A stretch of DNA of 63,585 nt, the filler included, from Sluysia triapertura (Eukaryota): NCBI GenBank assembly GCA_046118255.1. It is 5 parts of 5 records of this genome, joined end to end, with 100 filler letters (N's around TTAATTAATTAA, not from the genome) between each part and the next. Parts side by side here need not be neighbours in the genome. Positions count along the whole stretch, not along the records: positions 28,656 to 39,928 come from JBJNIA010186547.1; positions 40,029 to 51,375 come from JBJNIA010185712.1; 3 more parts are not named here. One strand, 5' to 3'. Positions within the stretch are counted from its first letter, which is position 1, and each line of letters opens with the position of its first letter. The translations under genes and the position numbers were made by a program. Below the pieces are notes generated by a model. That model made no database searches, had not been told where the DNA came from, and saw only the letters and a program-made list of their open reading frames with translations. Below are positions 28,656 through 41,498 of this stretch, one piece after another.

Positions 28656-31365
28656 TGTCTCAGAATAACTTATATTTTGACTGGTTTTCCGGGAAATTTT
28701 GGGCAATTAAAGAATTTACGTTAAAAAGTGAGGTCAATACTTAAAAAATAAATAAAAAAAATTGTAAGTACTCCCAAAAATAAACTGTTATTAGAAATGA
28801 TGGAAATTGATCCAAATTTAATAAACATTTATTCGATTTTGCAACAAATAAATCAAATGTAATTATTCCATTTATAAATTGATTTTTTTAATTACTGTAT
28901 TACTGTAATTATTTTATCTTTTTATTTTAGGTTCTAGAAAATTTTTTATTTTCCATTATTTTTAAACTATGACTTAAATCGTATAGTTTTATATCATCTT
29001 TCACTCGATCTATTATTAGTTTTAAAAACTTAACTTTTATACATTGCATAAATTTTACCATTTGATTTATTATTAGTTTTTACATCGTGAAAAATAGTTA
29101 TTAATTTGTAATTTTTAATAGAAATGGAATTTTAAGTTTCTATGCTCGGGAATAAATTAAAAACTATATTCAATAAAAGGTTAATACGATTGCAACCAAT
29201 AGCGGAATATAAATAGAGACTAAATGTAATTAAATGTAATGTAAATGAATTTATTAAACACTTTAATATAATGGTAAGGTTAGGTATGTTTAAATAATTT
29301 AGTTGCCTATGAGCAATAAGTTTATATTATGCTTCGAATAATCGATTTATCTGCTAATGTGAAATCAATCAAAAAATTTGTTACCAAACAATAATCACAA
29401 ACTGTGATCAATAAAATTGATACTACTTATCAGTACTAAACAAAATCAAAATTAATGGAATAATAAATTATAACTAGTAAGCCTAAGTTTTCTCAGTAAC
29501 TTTTGTATTTCTATGTTCTCTTTTCTACTTTTATAGTAGATTTTATTCTTGTTATTTTATAGCCAATTAATTTTTAATTTCTATTTTATAATAACTATTC
29601 TACATTTTATTTCTAATACATGCATTATTGCAATAATATAACAAATTTGATCTTTATATAATTTCTGTAAATAATTTATATACTTATATACATTCATGTA
29701 GTCATGCGTTGGTTGAATTAGTTTTTCATTTCTAATTTATTAAAATCGTGAATTTTTTGTTCTTTCTGTGCTGCTGTCTGACTTGTAGCCTTATCTCCTT
29801 GCTAATTAAGTATAGATAATTAAATCTATTTCTTGAATTTTTTTGTTAATTTGATTTCACTGTATTATTTTACAAGATATTTTTATAACTAGTTAAGGTG
29901 TTTTTGACTTAAAATTTTATTGTACTTTCAAAAATTAATTCTAACAAATATTGAAAAAATTTAACTTTATTGCAATATCAAAATTTTAAAACAAATTGAC
30001 ATTTTCTCATTTATTTTTAGTTGTCAAGTACAAATGAAGAAAAACGTTTTAAACGAAGATTGGCTTATTTTCAATTGCATTGGAAATGATTTTGTAGTTG
30101 TAATTGAAATTTCTATTAAATTGACTATACAAAATTAACCAAAAATTAAATGATTCGAAATTTTATTTTGTATTTTTATAAAATGGATTCATGAAAATTG
30201 TAATTGAAAATATACTAGATTATTAACTAAACAATGCCTAATTTTTCATAAATCTCAATTTTCTTATAGATCTTGTGGAATACAGTCACCCGGTTTAACA
30301 ATTTGTGTTTTATAATTAACTATTGTGATGATTCGCGCTCTTTTTTCCTTTCAGAGTTTCATGGGTTCGAATTAAAGTTTGAAAATAACGGTTAATTATA
30401 ATTAATCAGACTAATTTGTAATTTTCATACTAAATATTAATTGAATATTTATAAACATTTTAAAGCACTATTTGAGATATAATATGCAATCAATATTGCT
30501 GTTTCTCAGCTTAGTTGTTAGCTTTGTCATAAAAAATCGGCAATTTGTCTTCAAAGCTTTATCTAATTGTATAATTAATACCTTAAAATCTTGTATAAAA
30601 GCCACACTAATGCATAAGACGCATTGACTTCTTTTTGTAAAATTTCTACTTTTTATTTAGATATGATGCATTTCAATTTAATTAAAAAAATTTTATTTTA
30701 ATCTTTGTTTTAATAATAAAGCCAAAAAATGGAAATAATAGAATATGCAGAGATAGAGAAGCAGGTAGACATTATGGGATAAATGAAGCTAATGTGAGAA
30801 GATGGACAATAAATAGGTTCTGAGTATTACGAAGACTACAAAAAGAGCAAGGAGGAAGAAAAATCCTTATTGACCCGAACTTGAGATTAAATTAAAAAAT
30901 TGGGTTTTAAATTAACAGAGTGAAAGTACAAAAGTTCTGTTTTATCTACTAAATTTGATGTTAAAATATTGCAAAAGACTAGAAATAAGTGAATTTAAGG
31001 AAAGTGAAAAGAAATCAATTATCATTAAGAACTGTAACATCAGTAGGGCAAAAGTTACTTGAGGATTGGGAAGATAAATTAATAAATTAAATCTTCCCAA
31101 AATTAATTTTAAATATGATATCGAACAAATAATAAATGTCAAACTAAATAACTTTAATATTATTTAAACTAATAATGTTGCGCCTTTAACAGTCTTAAAA
31201 TCTTTTTCACCTAATACAATTTATTCTATATTAACTTTAAATTCAAAACTTTGTAAATCAGAATAAAATTCGAACTTAATTATATTCAATATAATAAATA
31301 TATTAAAACTACACAATTGAAATAAGAAAATCAATCTAATTTTGCACTTAACAATATATCTTAAT

Positions 31366-32230
31366 TTTGGGATTGCCCAACTCTGGATCAGGATATGAGT
31401 GAGAAACAGAGAATTATGGAATGAAGGAAAAACTAATACAAATGGATGAGTTGAACATTATAAACATTGTTTCAGTAAGGATGATGAAGCTGAAAACATC
31501 CATAGTAATGCTGAGAGTTTAGGAATACTTTTGAGTTCCAAAGCCCTTTATAAGGTGCTGAGACCTTGCGAGGGCTTGAAATGGATTTAGAAAATGTCTA
31601 GAAGCATTAAAATATACTTGTACTTGTTAAATTTGAGATCACTTAAGACCTTATTGACCTACGTAATTTTGAAACCTTGATAAGCATTTAAGACCTTTGA
31701 GTAACCTTACAAAGTAGTTGAAATCTTTAAAATAAAATCATTGTTATTAATACAATTATAGCAATAATTAACGTAAGAAGTAGAAAAAGGAATCTTAGTA
31801 GTAAAGGTGAAAAGATCTAGAATGCTGCATGAAGTATTGAACAACTTCATAAATATTATATATAAAAATGTGTGTAATAGATTAATTAATTAACTTAATT
31901 AAGATAAGTACGGTTTTGTGAACAAAGTTTGAATGTGGAACAGTATGTCATAGTTGAAACTGTGTATGTATTGGTTTTAAAACGACCTTTAAATGAAGTT
32001 GTGGTTTCACCGACCTCATGCAAGAAAAACCAAATTAATTAAGCAAAGTCAAATTTTAATTAGTTATTAATTATGAAATGTTGAATTTTTTTATTTAGTG
32101 AATTGAATACGAGATGATTGCTATGAAAGATAAAAATCAAGAAGTGAGTCTGAAATGTTGATAGAGTGGTTCGTTTGAGAATAGGAGCGTTTTTTATTGG
32201 AACTGAAAATCAATTAAATTCTAAAAATAA
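31366..32230 (+). mobile_element. Dispersed repeat family A copy
   Basis: Colinear with 16579-17321 (for example TTGAAACTGTGTATGTATT and GCAAAGTCAAATT). Confidence 0.8.
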
Positions 32231-32972
32231 AAATTAAATTCATTATTTTTATGTATGCTATTTTATCAAAACATTCTTTCGTAATTAAATCCACAATAAT
32301 AACTTTGTCAGTTACATGGTACGGCTTGACAATCTTTATTACATACAGACAAAGAATTATTTTCCTCTACTCAGCTCGATCTATTTTACTTAAATTACTT
32401 CTCACATTAAAATAACAATCATAAAATAACATACATAAAATAACAAAACACCTTATAAAAGGTCTTTGGAAATACAAAGTATTCCAAAGCTCTCAACATT
32501 GCTACAGATAATTTTATCTTCATCATTTTGTTGAATAATTTCTGTCATAATGACGCAATGATATGATATTATTTATTGTGTGTATTATTTTATTGATTAT
32601 TTATTAATGGTAACTTATTATTGATTATTTATAACAATTGCTATGTTTTATATCTTTAATTTTGGAATTAATTCATTTTGTATTTTTAATTTTTGAAAAA
32701 ATTATTGGAGTTTAATTCTTTTAATAATGTAAGGATTATTAATTTGTAAAAATATTTAATTTACGGAAGCATTTAATTTATAAATTATTTCCCATCTTGC
32801 TTTAAATGCTTTATATAAACACAAAATTTTTTATTTCACACACATTTTTCTTTAATTAGCGCGACAAAATTGGTTTAAAAAATTTTAAATCTTCTCTTCG
32901 TTGAGGATCATAAGCATCAATACCTCGTCTCGGGAACAATTACAAATTGATTCTAATTAACTGAGTCACATT

Positions 32973-33044
32973 GGACTGATAGCTCAATGGTAGAGCATCG
33001 AACTGCGCAGCGAGAGGTCCCGGGTTCGATCCACCATTAGTCCA
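32973..33044 (+). mobile_element. tRNA-derived repeat head (SINE-like / tRNA pseudogene)
   Basis: GGACTGATAGCTCAATGGTAGAGC...GGTCCCGGGTTCGATCC..TTAGTCCA followed by the shared tail TTTCATGAAG. The anticodon stem does not pair. Confidence 0.8.
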
Positions 33045-33310
33045 TTTCATGAAGCCTAACATAAAAATTAGTTGATTTAATTAATTTTTATAATTTAAAA
33101 TTAAAGTTAAATATATCTATAAGTATTAATAAAGTATATACCAGATTGATGCTTATAGAGAGATTAATTTATCATTTCATTAATGTTATCTTTAAATTAA
33201 GTTGTCAAATTATATTATTATAAAAGAAATGTAACTATGATTTTAAATTTTAATTAGATGATATTAAGAAGGCAGGGGGTTGTTTAGATAATTAAAATGA
33301 TAATGAATAT

Positions 33311-33397
33311 AGACGGAAATTGCTGTCGACATTTAATCAGCGAAATTAGTCGGTTTATTGCCGACTAAAAGAAAATCGACAGCTTTAATTTCCGTCT
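33311..33397. repeat. Nested inverted repeat (foldback MITE core)
   Basis: AGACGGAAATT/AATTTCCGTCT, GCTGTCGA/TCGACAGC and TTAGTCGG/CCGACTAA. Confidence 0.8.
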
Positions 33398-33529
33398 CGC
33401 TCGATTTCTGATTTTTACTTTCTCTAATTACCATAAAATTGTTATATAAGCAGTTACATTTCTGCAAGAAAAGCAGAAGTAGAAAGCGATAGAGATACGA
33501 ATTAAGAAAATAAAAGAAGACTTTTTAAC

Positions 33530-34309
33530 TGTAGATACACTGCCTTAATTCACCTATGTGTGAATGTTTTTTTTAAATAACTTAACCTACTTGCAAAATA
33601 TCTGATGAGTCTGTCCGCCTAATATAGGAGGAGACGTACTATTAGGATTTTTATTACTTAAGAACTTTAAAAATTTTTTTACCTATGACTTACGGCTTAT
33701 ATGACAATGATTAATCGCTTATAACTCTGATTAATTTATAATACAACCCTTTACGAGGTGTTGTTTAATTAAAATTACAGATTTTATAATTACGCAACCC
33801 GTTATTAAGGTGTTGCTTTGAAAAATATATATATTAATGTTTAGAAGATTGCGCAATCTGTATTAAGGTGTTGATAACGAAAATGATTTTATAAATTTAT
33901 TGAAATTACACTATCGAATGAGAACAGTCAAACAAAAAAAATTAATTAAAATTCTTACAAAGATTTTTTTATAAATTATGAGTTTATTAACTATCTCAAC
34001 CTTGGTTGGCAGTTTTAAAAATTTTAAAAATAAGCTACGTAACCTGTATTAAGGTGTTGCTTGAAAATAAAAATGAATTTAAGTCTATTTTACTATTCCC
34101 TTCTTAAGGTGAATAAGCAAATTCTAACAATAAAAAATTACTTGGAAAGCATGAAATAAAATCGATATATTCTAAAACTTTTTCTTTTATAAAAATTTTA
34201 TAAAAAAAAACTTTCTACTTTTACCTTTTGTTTGCTTATAGTTTTATTTTAAAATAGGCGTCTCATCCTATTAATAAATAGAGGTAATAAACTGTTACAA
34301 GGCGTTACA
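33530..34309 (+). mobile_element. Unclassified TGT...ACA element containing a hairpin array
   Basis: Starts TGTAGA and ends GTTACA. Internal inverted repeat ATAGGAGGAGACG (33624) / CGTCTCATCCTAT (34259). The GTC.GTCC.CCTA motif recurs at ~24425 and ~39912. Confidence 0.5.
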
Positions 34310-36789
34310 CATTAAAATAAAATATTTTTTAATTAATTTCATTCTTATAAAAATAATTATTTTTATTAATTATCTTTTAAATTAATTGTTTATTTTTATT
34401 AATTATTATTGTTATTATTAGTTATTATTAGGTTTAGCGTGCTTCCTGAATCATTTAATTTAGCCTCTGGTTTCAGAACAGTTTTCTGATGAAAAAGACA
34501 AACTGATTATTATCATTTCTAAATTAAAATGAACATAGGCATTCAAGAAGCCCTCTTCTTAAGCTATTTATCTCGTCAATCTAAATATTGGTCTTGCTTC
34601 TAAGTTTGATCCGAGCTTTCAATCAGCTTATATTATTTGTAAAATGAATAATCTTTGTCGGCAATTTTTTCGTGTAAAATCAGTTTTTGATATTGCATTT
34701 ACTGTGAATCAATCTACAAGTTTACAATCCTTTCAGAAAATATAGAAATCACTTTCTTTGTTGAGAAGTACCAGTTATTAAAAATAAGTAAACCTGATAT
34801 GTTAACAACATTATTTGTTAATATACATTTTATAAAGAATATTTTAAATATATTGGGAATATTACGATTTATGAATGATACGTTTGTTTTAATTTTATCC
34901 CTAAAATTTATTATATATTATTGACTTTCTATAGTTAGTATTTAGTAATTTTAGTTATTTTTACGAATATAAAATTAAAATAATCTTTAAAACTTTATTA
35001 AGTAAATAACTATTGAATAAGATAACACCGTGCATTTTATTTTATTAATCTAAACTTTAGAATGATTTTATTTTCACATTTTAATTCGAATACCATAGCT
35101 AAAACAAAAATTACAATATAGTAAAATGTTTAAAGAAATTAAAATATAATTGATTTATTTTAAACAATGAATGAAAAACAAGTTTTACTTTTTTGACATA
35201 ACAAAGCCATTCTTCACAACATTTCACAACGCTCCATATCATCAAACATGTCAAACAAAATTTCACGTCATTTTAAATACTATTACATCTAAGCCTTTTA
35301 TATTTTATCTCCTTTACTTCCAATAAAACCTTATCACAAATTTCTCAGAATATTTCTATTTCATATTTTATAACAGAAAAATTACATTCACGTTCAAACC
35401 ATTAACGCAAATTAAGTTTTACTTAAAATATTTCAACCCATAATTCAATATATCAAATTACAATTACATTTAAAACCATAAATTTACAATTTAAGGTTTA
35501 TCTAAAACATTTCAATTCACAAGCTTACAATATCTAAGTCATAATATTCGCAAAGCCACCAATGTTTATTTAGACGTTCTTTTAAAATTATCAATTTATA
35601 TCTAAAAACTCTTCTAAAATATGTATAAAGGATTTTATGACATTAAAATCACAATCACATCCTAAATTAACGAACAAATGTCTATCTCCAAATCAATTCA
35701 AACATTTCATATTCATAATCCTCACCATTTAATCCCTAATATTATTGAAAACATTAAATTAACATTTTGAAACCATTTTAGACATTGCAATCGAAACAAC
35801 ATTCCTTAAACATTTTTGTATCGATAATTTTTTTCAAACATTTTCTTATTAATTATTCCATAATTTATCTTTGTAATAACCAACCAATCTCTTTTAAAGG
35901 AAATAAAAAACATAACCAATATTTCAAAAGCATTCGAAGAAAGAAATGAATTACCCATATAATCAACAAAGAAAAGTACTAGAAATAACTTTTATTAGAG
36001 GTATTAAGCTAAAATGATTTTAATTTTAATCATTTTTTAAGAAATTTTAATATGTTAAGAAAATAGTAAATAAATTAAAAGAAAGTTCATGTTTACAATA
36101 AAGAATTGATGTTTTTAATTATTTATCAATTTTATTATTTTATTTTATTCATCATTATAATTATTTTTATTAATATTAGATAAAATTAAAACAACATTAA
36201 TTGTGAAGTAACTACCACTATCAATGACAGTATCAATTCGTATTGATAGTTATTTACCGCGATACATCATTACACTAGCTACGACGTCATTGGTTGTCCA
36301 ACCAGAATTGCAATTTTTATTGTTCCTTTCATTCTGGTTGAGCAACCAATGATAGTTACTGCATATCAAAAATGTTCAATGAATGTAATTAGACACACAT
36401 ATAGTCAACAGTGACTAGATTTAACTATATCGGGTTGATTCCAGTGTGTTGTGTAGATGACTTAATCATAATTGAAATTTTATTGGTTACTAAAATTAGT
36501 ATTTTACTTGAACAGACGTAATAAAGTGCGTGTAGAAAACAATGAAAAATTAGATACAATAACTTAATTAAAAATAAAAATTTATCAGTTTTATTCTATG
36601 GACATTGATAAACAAAATCAATTTTCATTTGAATTCATTTTGTAACACGTCTTATGTTATATTATTTTCATTTAACGATTATCAAAAGTAAATAGTAAAA
36701 CGATTTAGTGCAAAAAACAGACATTAAAGAATTTGAATTTGTTTCAAACCTATTTTTAATTTTAACTACATCAAATTTAATTTTTTTAT

Positions 36790-37900
36790 ATGCAACAACT
36801 GGTTAAGAATCTAAAGGATTCAAATTATATCAAGTATGTTAAAGTTGTTCAGGTTATGTTATTAAACAGTCAATCACTTATTACGGAATAATTCTTATCA
36901 AGACTTATCACAATTTATTGGTTTCGGATTAACTCTAAGTGTTCCTCTGTGTATGCTATGACCTTGAACCAATTAATATCAGATATAAACATATTTCATT
37001 TTGATTCAGAGAGTGAATATTTAACAGTTTACCTTGCAAAAACGAAGTCAAACCTTTCCTTAAAACTATTTTCTTATAAAGTAAACAATATGAAATCTAT
37101 AATACCTAAACGTGTGGTTTTATATGAAATTCCGTTAAAAATTTTAGTAATCAAAATTTCCAATCATTTAGTATCAAAAACTTTAGAATTAATTATAAAA
37201 CCTATCATAAACGGAAAATTCATCGAATTTATTGATAATTGTTCTTCACCTACAAAACAATATGTGGCTTGTAGAAAATTCACCCAATTGTTTCATGAAT
37301 GTCAAGTAAAGTTATTAATCAACAACTATCTCAACGAATCTTATAACATTCTGATAAGAATACATGAACGAATGAAGTTCATCATAGATGTTGACTCTTT
37401 TATAATGAATAATGAGATGATGAAATCGATTCAACATATGACAAAAGTTAAGTTTAAAACAAACAATGATCTTCAAACTAGTAATATCATTCCCGTTATG
37501 TTAAATCCGGCATATCTCTATTTGGTATCACGCAGAACGAACAATGTTCCAGATTCGGCACAAACTGTAATTTTGCACATGATGCATTCGAAATTGAAGA
37601 TGTTTTCGATTTGGATTCACAATTTATCAATCATCATCACAGAATCTGTGATTTAATACTATCTGTGGCATCATATTTAGTCTATACCACTAACGAATAC
37701 AACATTAAAGTAATTTTGATTTACATTTCTTCTGATCCTATTATTACTCGAATTGTGTTTATACTCTTAATTTATTTAGGAGTTTTATAATGCCAACTCC
37801 GAGGTATACACAGGAAACAGTAGTGAAAAATAACATTTGATTTTAAATGTTTTAGAGACTAAAAAAATTAAGTTATTATGTGTTTTATCTTATTTTATTT
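36790..37900 (+). pseudogene. Decayed ORF of unknown family (includes 235-aa open stretch 36949-37656)
   Basis: Open stretch without a clean ATG, frameshifted at both ends, with a probable intron ~37710-37779. It shares an upstream palindrome and 3' end with 7632-9500. Confidence 0.5.
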
Positions 37901-38480
37901 CAAGAATAATAACGTATATGAAAATTTAAGTAAATGTAATAATTTTGTAATTTTCGCATTTTTTATAATGTTAAACACAAATAATTTAATTAAATTAATA
38001 AAGTTATCTAATAGATATCAATTAATTTACATTTATAAAAGAAAATTAATACTTTGTTCTGTAGATATTAAAAAGAATTCATGATCAAATGTAAATATTA
38101 AATATTTGTGTAAAGTTCATATTAAATTTTAATTCTGTAAATAAAATAATTTAGTTTTAGATAAAAAATAATTAATTAATATATTAATAAAAATAATTAA
38201 TAAGTACAAAAAGATAATATTTTAGTTAAAACTTATATTTTTATCTCTTTAATATCTGCCGAACTGGTATATTATTATCATAAAATTATATTTTTATCGT
38301 TTTTTCTTTAAATTAATATCTGCCGAACCAGTATATACTAAAGACGTCGGCAAAGATCACATAATAGAAATAATATAAATAGCTTACGATTTTATTGAAT
38401 TCTCACAATAAAAAAGATTTTTTCAATTTTGCACAACGGAGAGATTTTACGATTTTGAACATATTTGATTCGAGATATCT

Positions 38481-38589
38481 TTGGAATACTCGTCGACTTG
38501 GGATTATTATTGGAATACTCGCTAATTGGGATTGTTATTGGAATATTTGTCAACTTGGGGTCATTATTGGAGAATTTGTTAAATTGGGA
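38481..38589. repeat. Degenerate ~28-bp tandem repeat, 4 copies
   Basis: Unit approximately TTGGAATACTCGTCAACTTGGGATTATTA. Confidence 0.7.
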
Positions 38590-38939
38590 TCAAAGCACAG
38601 CTACTGTGGGCAATTTATCACAAAGAATTGATCTGAGACGGCAATTATCGGAAGCAGCATTAATATTTTTTAAAACCGTAAGCTATTTATTTTAAGTAGT
38701 TCACAGCAATTGTCTGTGTCAAAATCCACGTAAAATAACATTATTGTTCCACACCCAAGTATTCACCTTGGTTAAAATCACATTAAAATCTTGTTTAATA
38801 ATTTATTAGGAGAAATCCTAAAGTATATATATCTATATTATTATTATCATTTATATTCGATTAATAAAATCAAGTTTTCTTTTTAGTTTGTTCTTATAGA
38901 ATAAATAATTCATAATTAGTGATTAGTAATAAAGAAATT

Positions 38940-39760
38940 AATTGAAGGAAAGGTATAGACAAAAGACCCTCCATTAATAGACAGCATTAAGACTAAGGAC
39001 TCTTTCGTAGCATTGACATTAAATCATATAACTAAGTCTTCCGTGAGATTATAGGCGAACCCATTAAAGTATTTATATTGTCCAGTTAAAGTTTTAATAA
39101 AATCTGAACAGAAGTAAAAAATGGTTTTACATCCGGATCATCAACTCGTTTATTATTTGCTGACGTGTACAAGTGTTTACAAATATTAATCAAATTTTTA
39201 TCTCCTAATATGATTTCATTATCGAAAATACTAAATCCAAAAATTTTTCCATACAATGAACCCTATTTAACAAAATTAGGATCTTCGAATTTTTCTGATT
39301 TCATCAATAGTTGTATCACTTCTCCACAAATATAACCATCAACTATTAACGTTTCCAAATATTCCATTGTAAGATCATTTAAATCATTTATATTAGATTC
39401 TAATCCTGACAATTTATAATATTTTACACTTTCTTCATATTGGCTATTTATAGCATAAGCTCGAGCTAGCGATTTTGCAATTAATGCATCATTTAAAATA
39501 AATTTGCTAATTTTTTATATGTATTAGGAAGTTCCGATTTAACTACATCAGTTTTATTAGCACCTTCGTTGACTTTATTAGAATCCTTGAAAAATGTTGA
39601 ATTTTATCACAAAATGGTCTTTAGTCTAATAATTTGGCTATTATTAGAATCCATACATGGTGACGGGAAAAACCTGAGCGAATCCAATGTTCACATTATT
39701 GTTATTATAACTACTAGTTGGAGATGCTGAACCCAAATTATGTTTTATATTTGCATCTAA
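38940..39760 (-). pseudogene. Decayed gene fragment with a TPR-like helix pair
   Basis: Translation ILNDALIAKSLARAYAINSQYEESVKYYKLSGL... runs ~130 codons with a stop and frameshifts. It is interrupted by a Tc1-end fragment. Confidence 0.45.
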
Positions 39761-39928
39761 TTAATGATTGAGTTGTACACTTTTTTAGCAGTTGTTTGAA
39801 TAATACCGATATAAAATCTAATTTGAGTTTGATTATTCGTTTTGAACGTACATCAAGTAATAAAATATAAAAATGCTAGTATTTTCTTATACTTAACAAA
39901 TTATCCGATAGGTCGGTCCGCCTAATAT

Positions 39929-40028
39929 NNNNNNNNNNNNNNNNNNNNNNNNNNNNNNNNNNNNNNNNNNNNTTAATTAATTAANNNNNNNNNNNNNNNN
40001 NNNNNNNNNNNNNNNNNNNNNNNNNNNN
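39929..40028. other. Artificial contig spacer
   Basis: N44-TTAATTAATTAA-N44. Confidence 0.98.
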
Positions 40029-41498
40029 AAATTATCTTCATTGAATTATCTAATAATTCACAAATTTCGCTAATTTTTAATAACAAAGTCTCCTTTTTCA
40101 TTTTTAAATACAATCTGTATTTAATATTTCATATTTTTTATTATATTATCAATGCCATTTTCGAACGTTAAATTCTTCATTTTTCAAACAAAAATAATAT
40201 TCAAAGAACAGAAGAATTACATTGGTTGCCAATAAAAGGAAGAATAGAATTCAAAATCATGACAATAATTTACAAATGCTAACATTATGGAAGTCCCGGA
40301 TATCTTTTAGAAATAATATGAAAATTGGAAATGAAGATGAATATTTCAGTGAGGCATGCTAATATGTAAAGAAAATACAGTAATCACAAGCTAGGTGATA
40401 GGTTGTCTACCGTTAGTCTCAAAAATATACAACCAGTACTACCAGAGAATGTCCAATTATTGGAAGATTATGAAATATTTAAGAAAAAAGCAAAGTTCAT
40501 TCTGTTTCAGAAATAGTATGGTGAATGATTTACCTTAGCACTCTTGAGTACTTACGCAGTAGATAAGAGGGCACTATTAATTAATATATTATTATTAAAA
40601 ACCTATTAAAATAACAAATTTTTAACGTTATCTAAGTCGACATGTTTCTTAACATTTCAACATTAGGAATAATAACAAAATTCAACATTATACACTAATT
40701 CTATTGTTATTTTATCATGCACAATAAATGCACGTTTATATTTTAACAAGAAAAGGGCTCTCTCTTCGTATATTTCTTTCTTACATTGTTTTGCAAAATT
40801 TCTCTTTTTGAGTTCATAAATTTTGTAAATTGAATTAATAACGATCCGTTTAAATCATTTCCCAAAACAAAATTACATAGTTTTAAATTTCGAAAATAAG
40901 TCACCTTTTACGGAAAACCGGTTCTACGATACTTATTCTTTGTAGATCCTTTTTTAATAGGATCAAATACAAAATCAGTGATATCAACCTCGCTTATATA
41001 TATCCCCTTAATATTAAAACAGATCACGTTTAGACATTTAATAACTGTAGAGATATTTAACAAATGATATAATTTAAAAAGGATATTATTACTATTACTA
41101 TCATTACCAATTGACACTTAAGAAAGATATTTAGATTATATCCATACTTTTCTTGAAATCCTACGAACTACCCCTTAAGTGTAGGTGTAATTAAAATCAA
41201 AAAATTAACACTATTCCGTGTTGAATTGTTACAGTTAATGTTATTTTTCTTCAAATCTTTTACGTTTAGTTTCATTTTCATCAATTTCTAGAATAATTTC
41301 AGTTTTTCTAAGACCATTAATAAGCATTATTTGATATTTTTGAAATTTTTTTACTTCATCCAAATTATATTTTCATTTTAGCAATTTTTATTTTCTACTA
41401 TCAATAAATAAAACACATTTTATTGCATAAATTAAATTTTATATAAAGCTGTTTATGTCTGAATATTCAATAATTAAAAAGATCAATATAACGTTAAT

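Noticed and set aside
32973-33044. Functional tRNA-Arg(GCG) gene
   Set aside because: The anticodon and T stems are mispaired, and the copies diverge while sharing repeat flanks.
33595-33652. Hammerhead ribozyme-like CTGATGA-GTCT...AGAC
   Set aside because: The required GAAA is GTAC, there is no proper NUH site, and the related copy at ~39905 lacks CTGATGA.
33742-34115. CRISPR array
   Set aside because: Eukaryotic context, degenerate repeats, irregular spacing and no cas genes. It is reported as a hairpin array instead.
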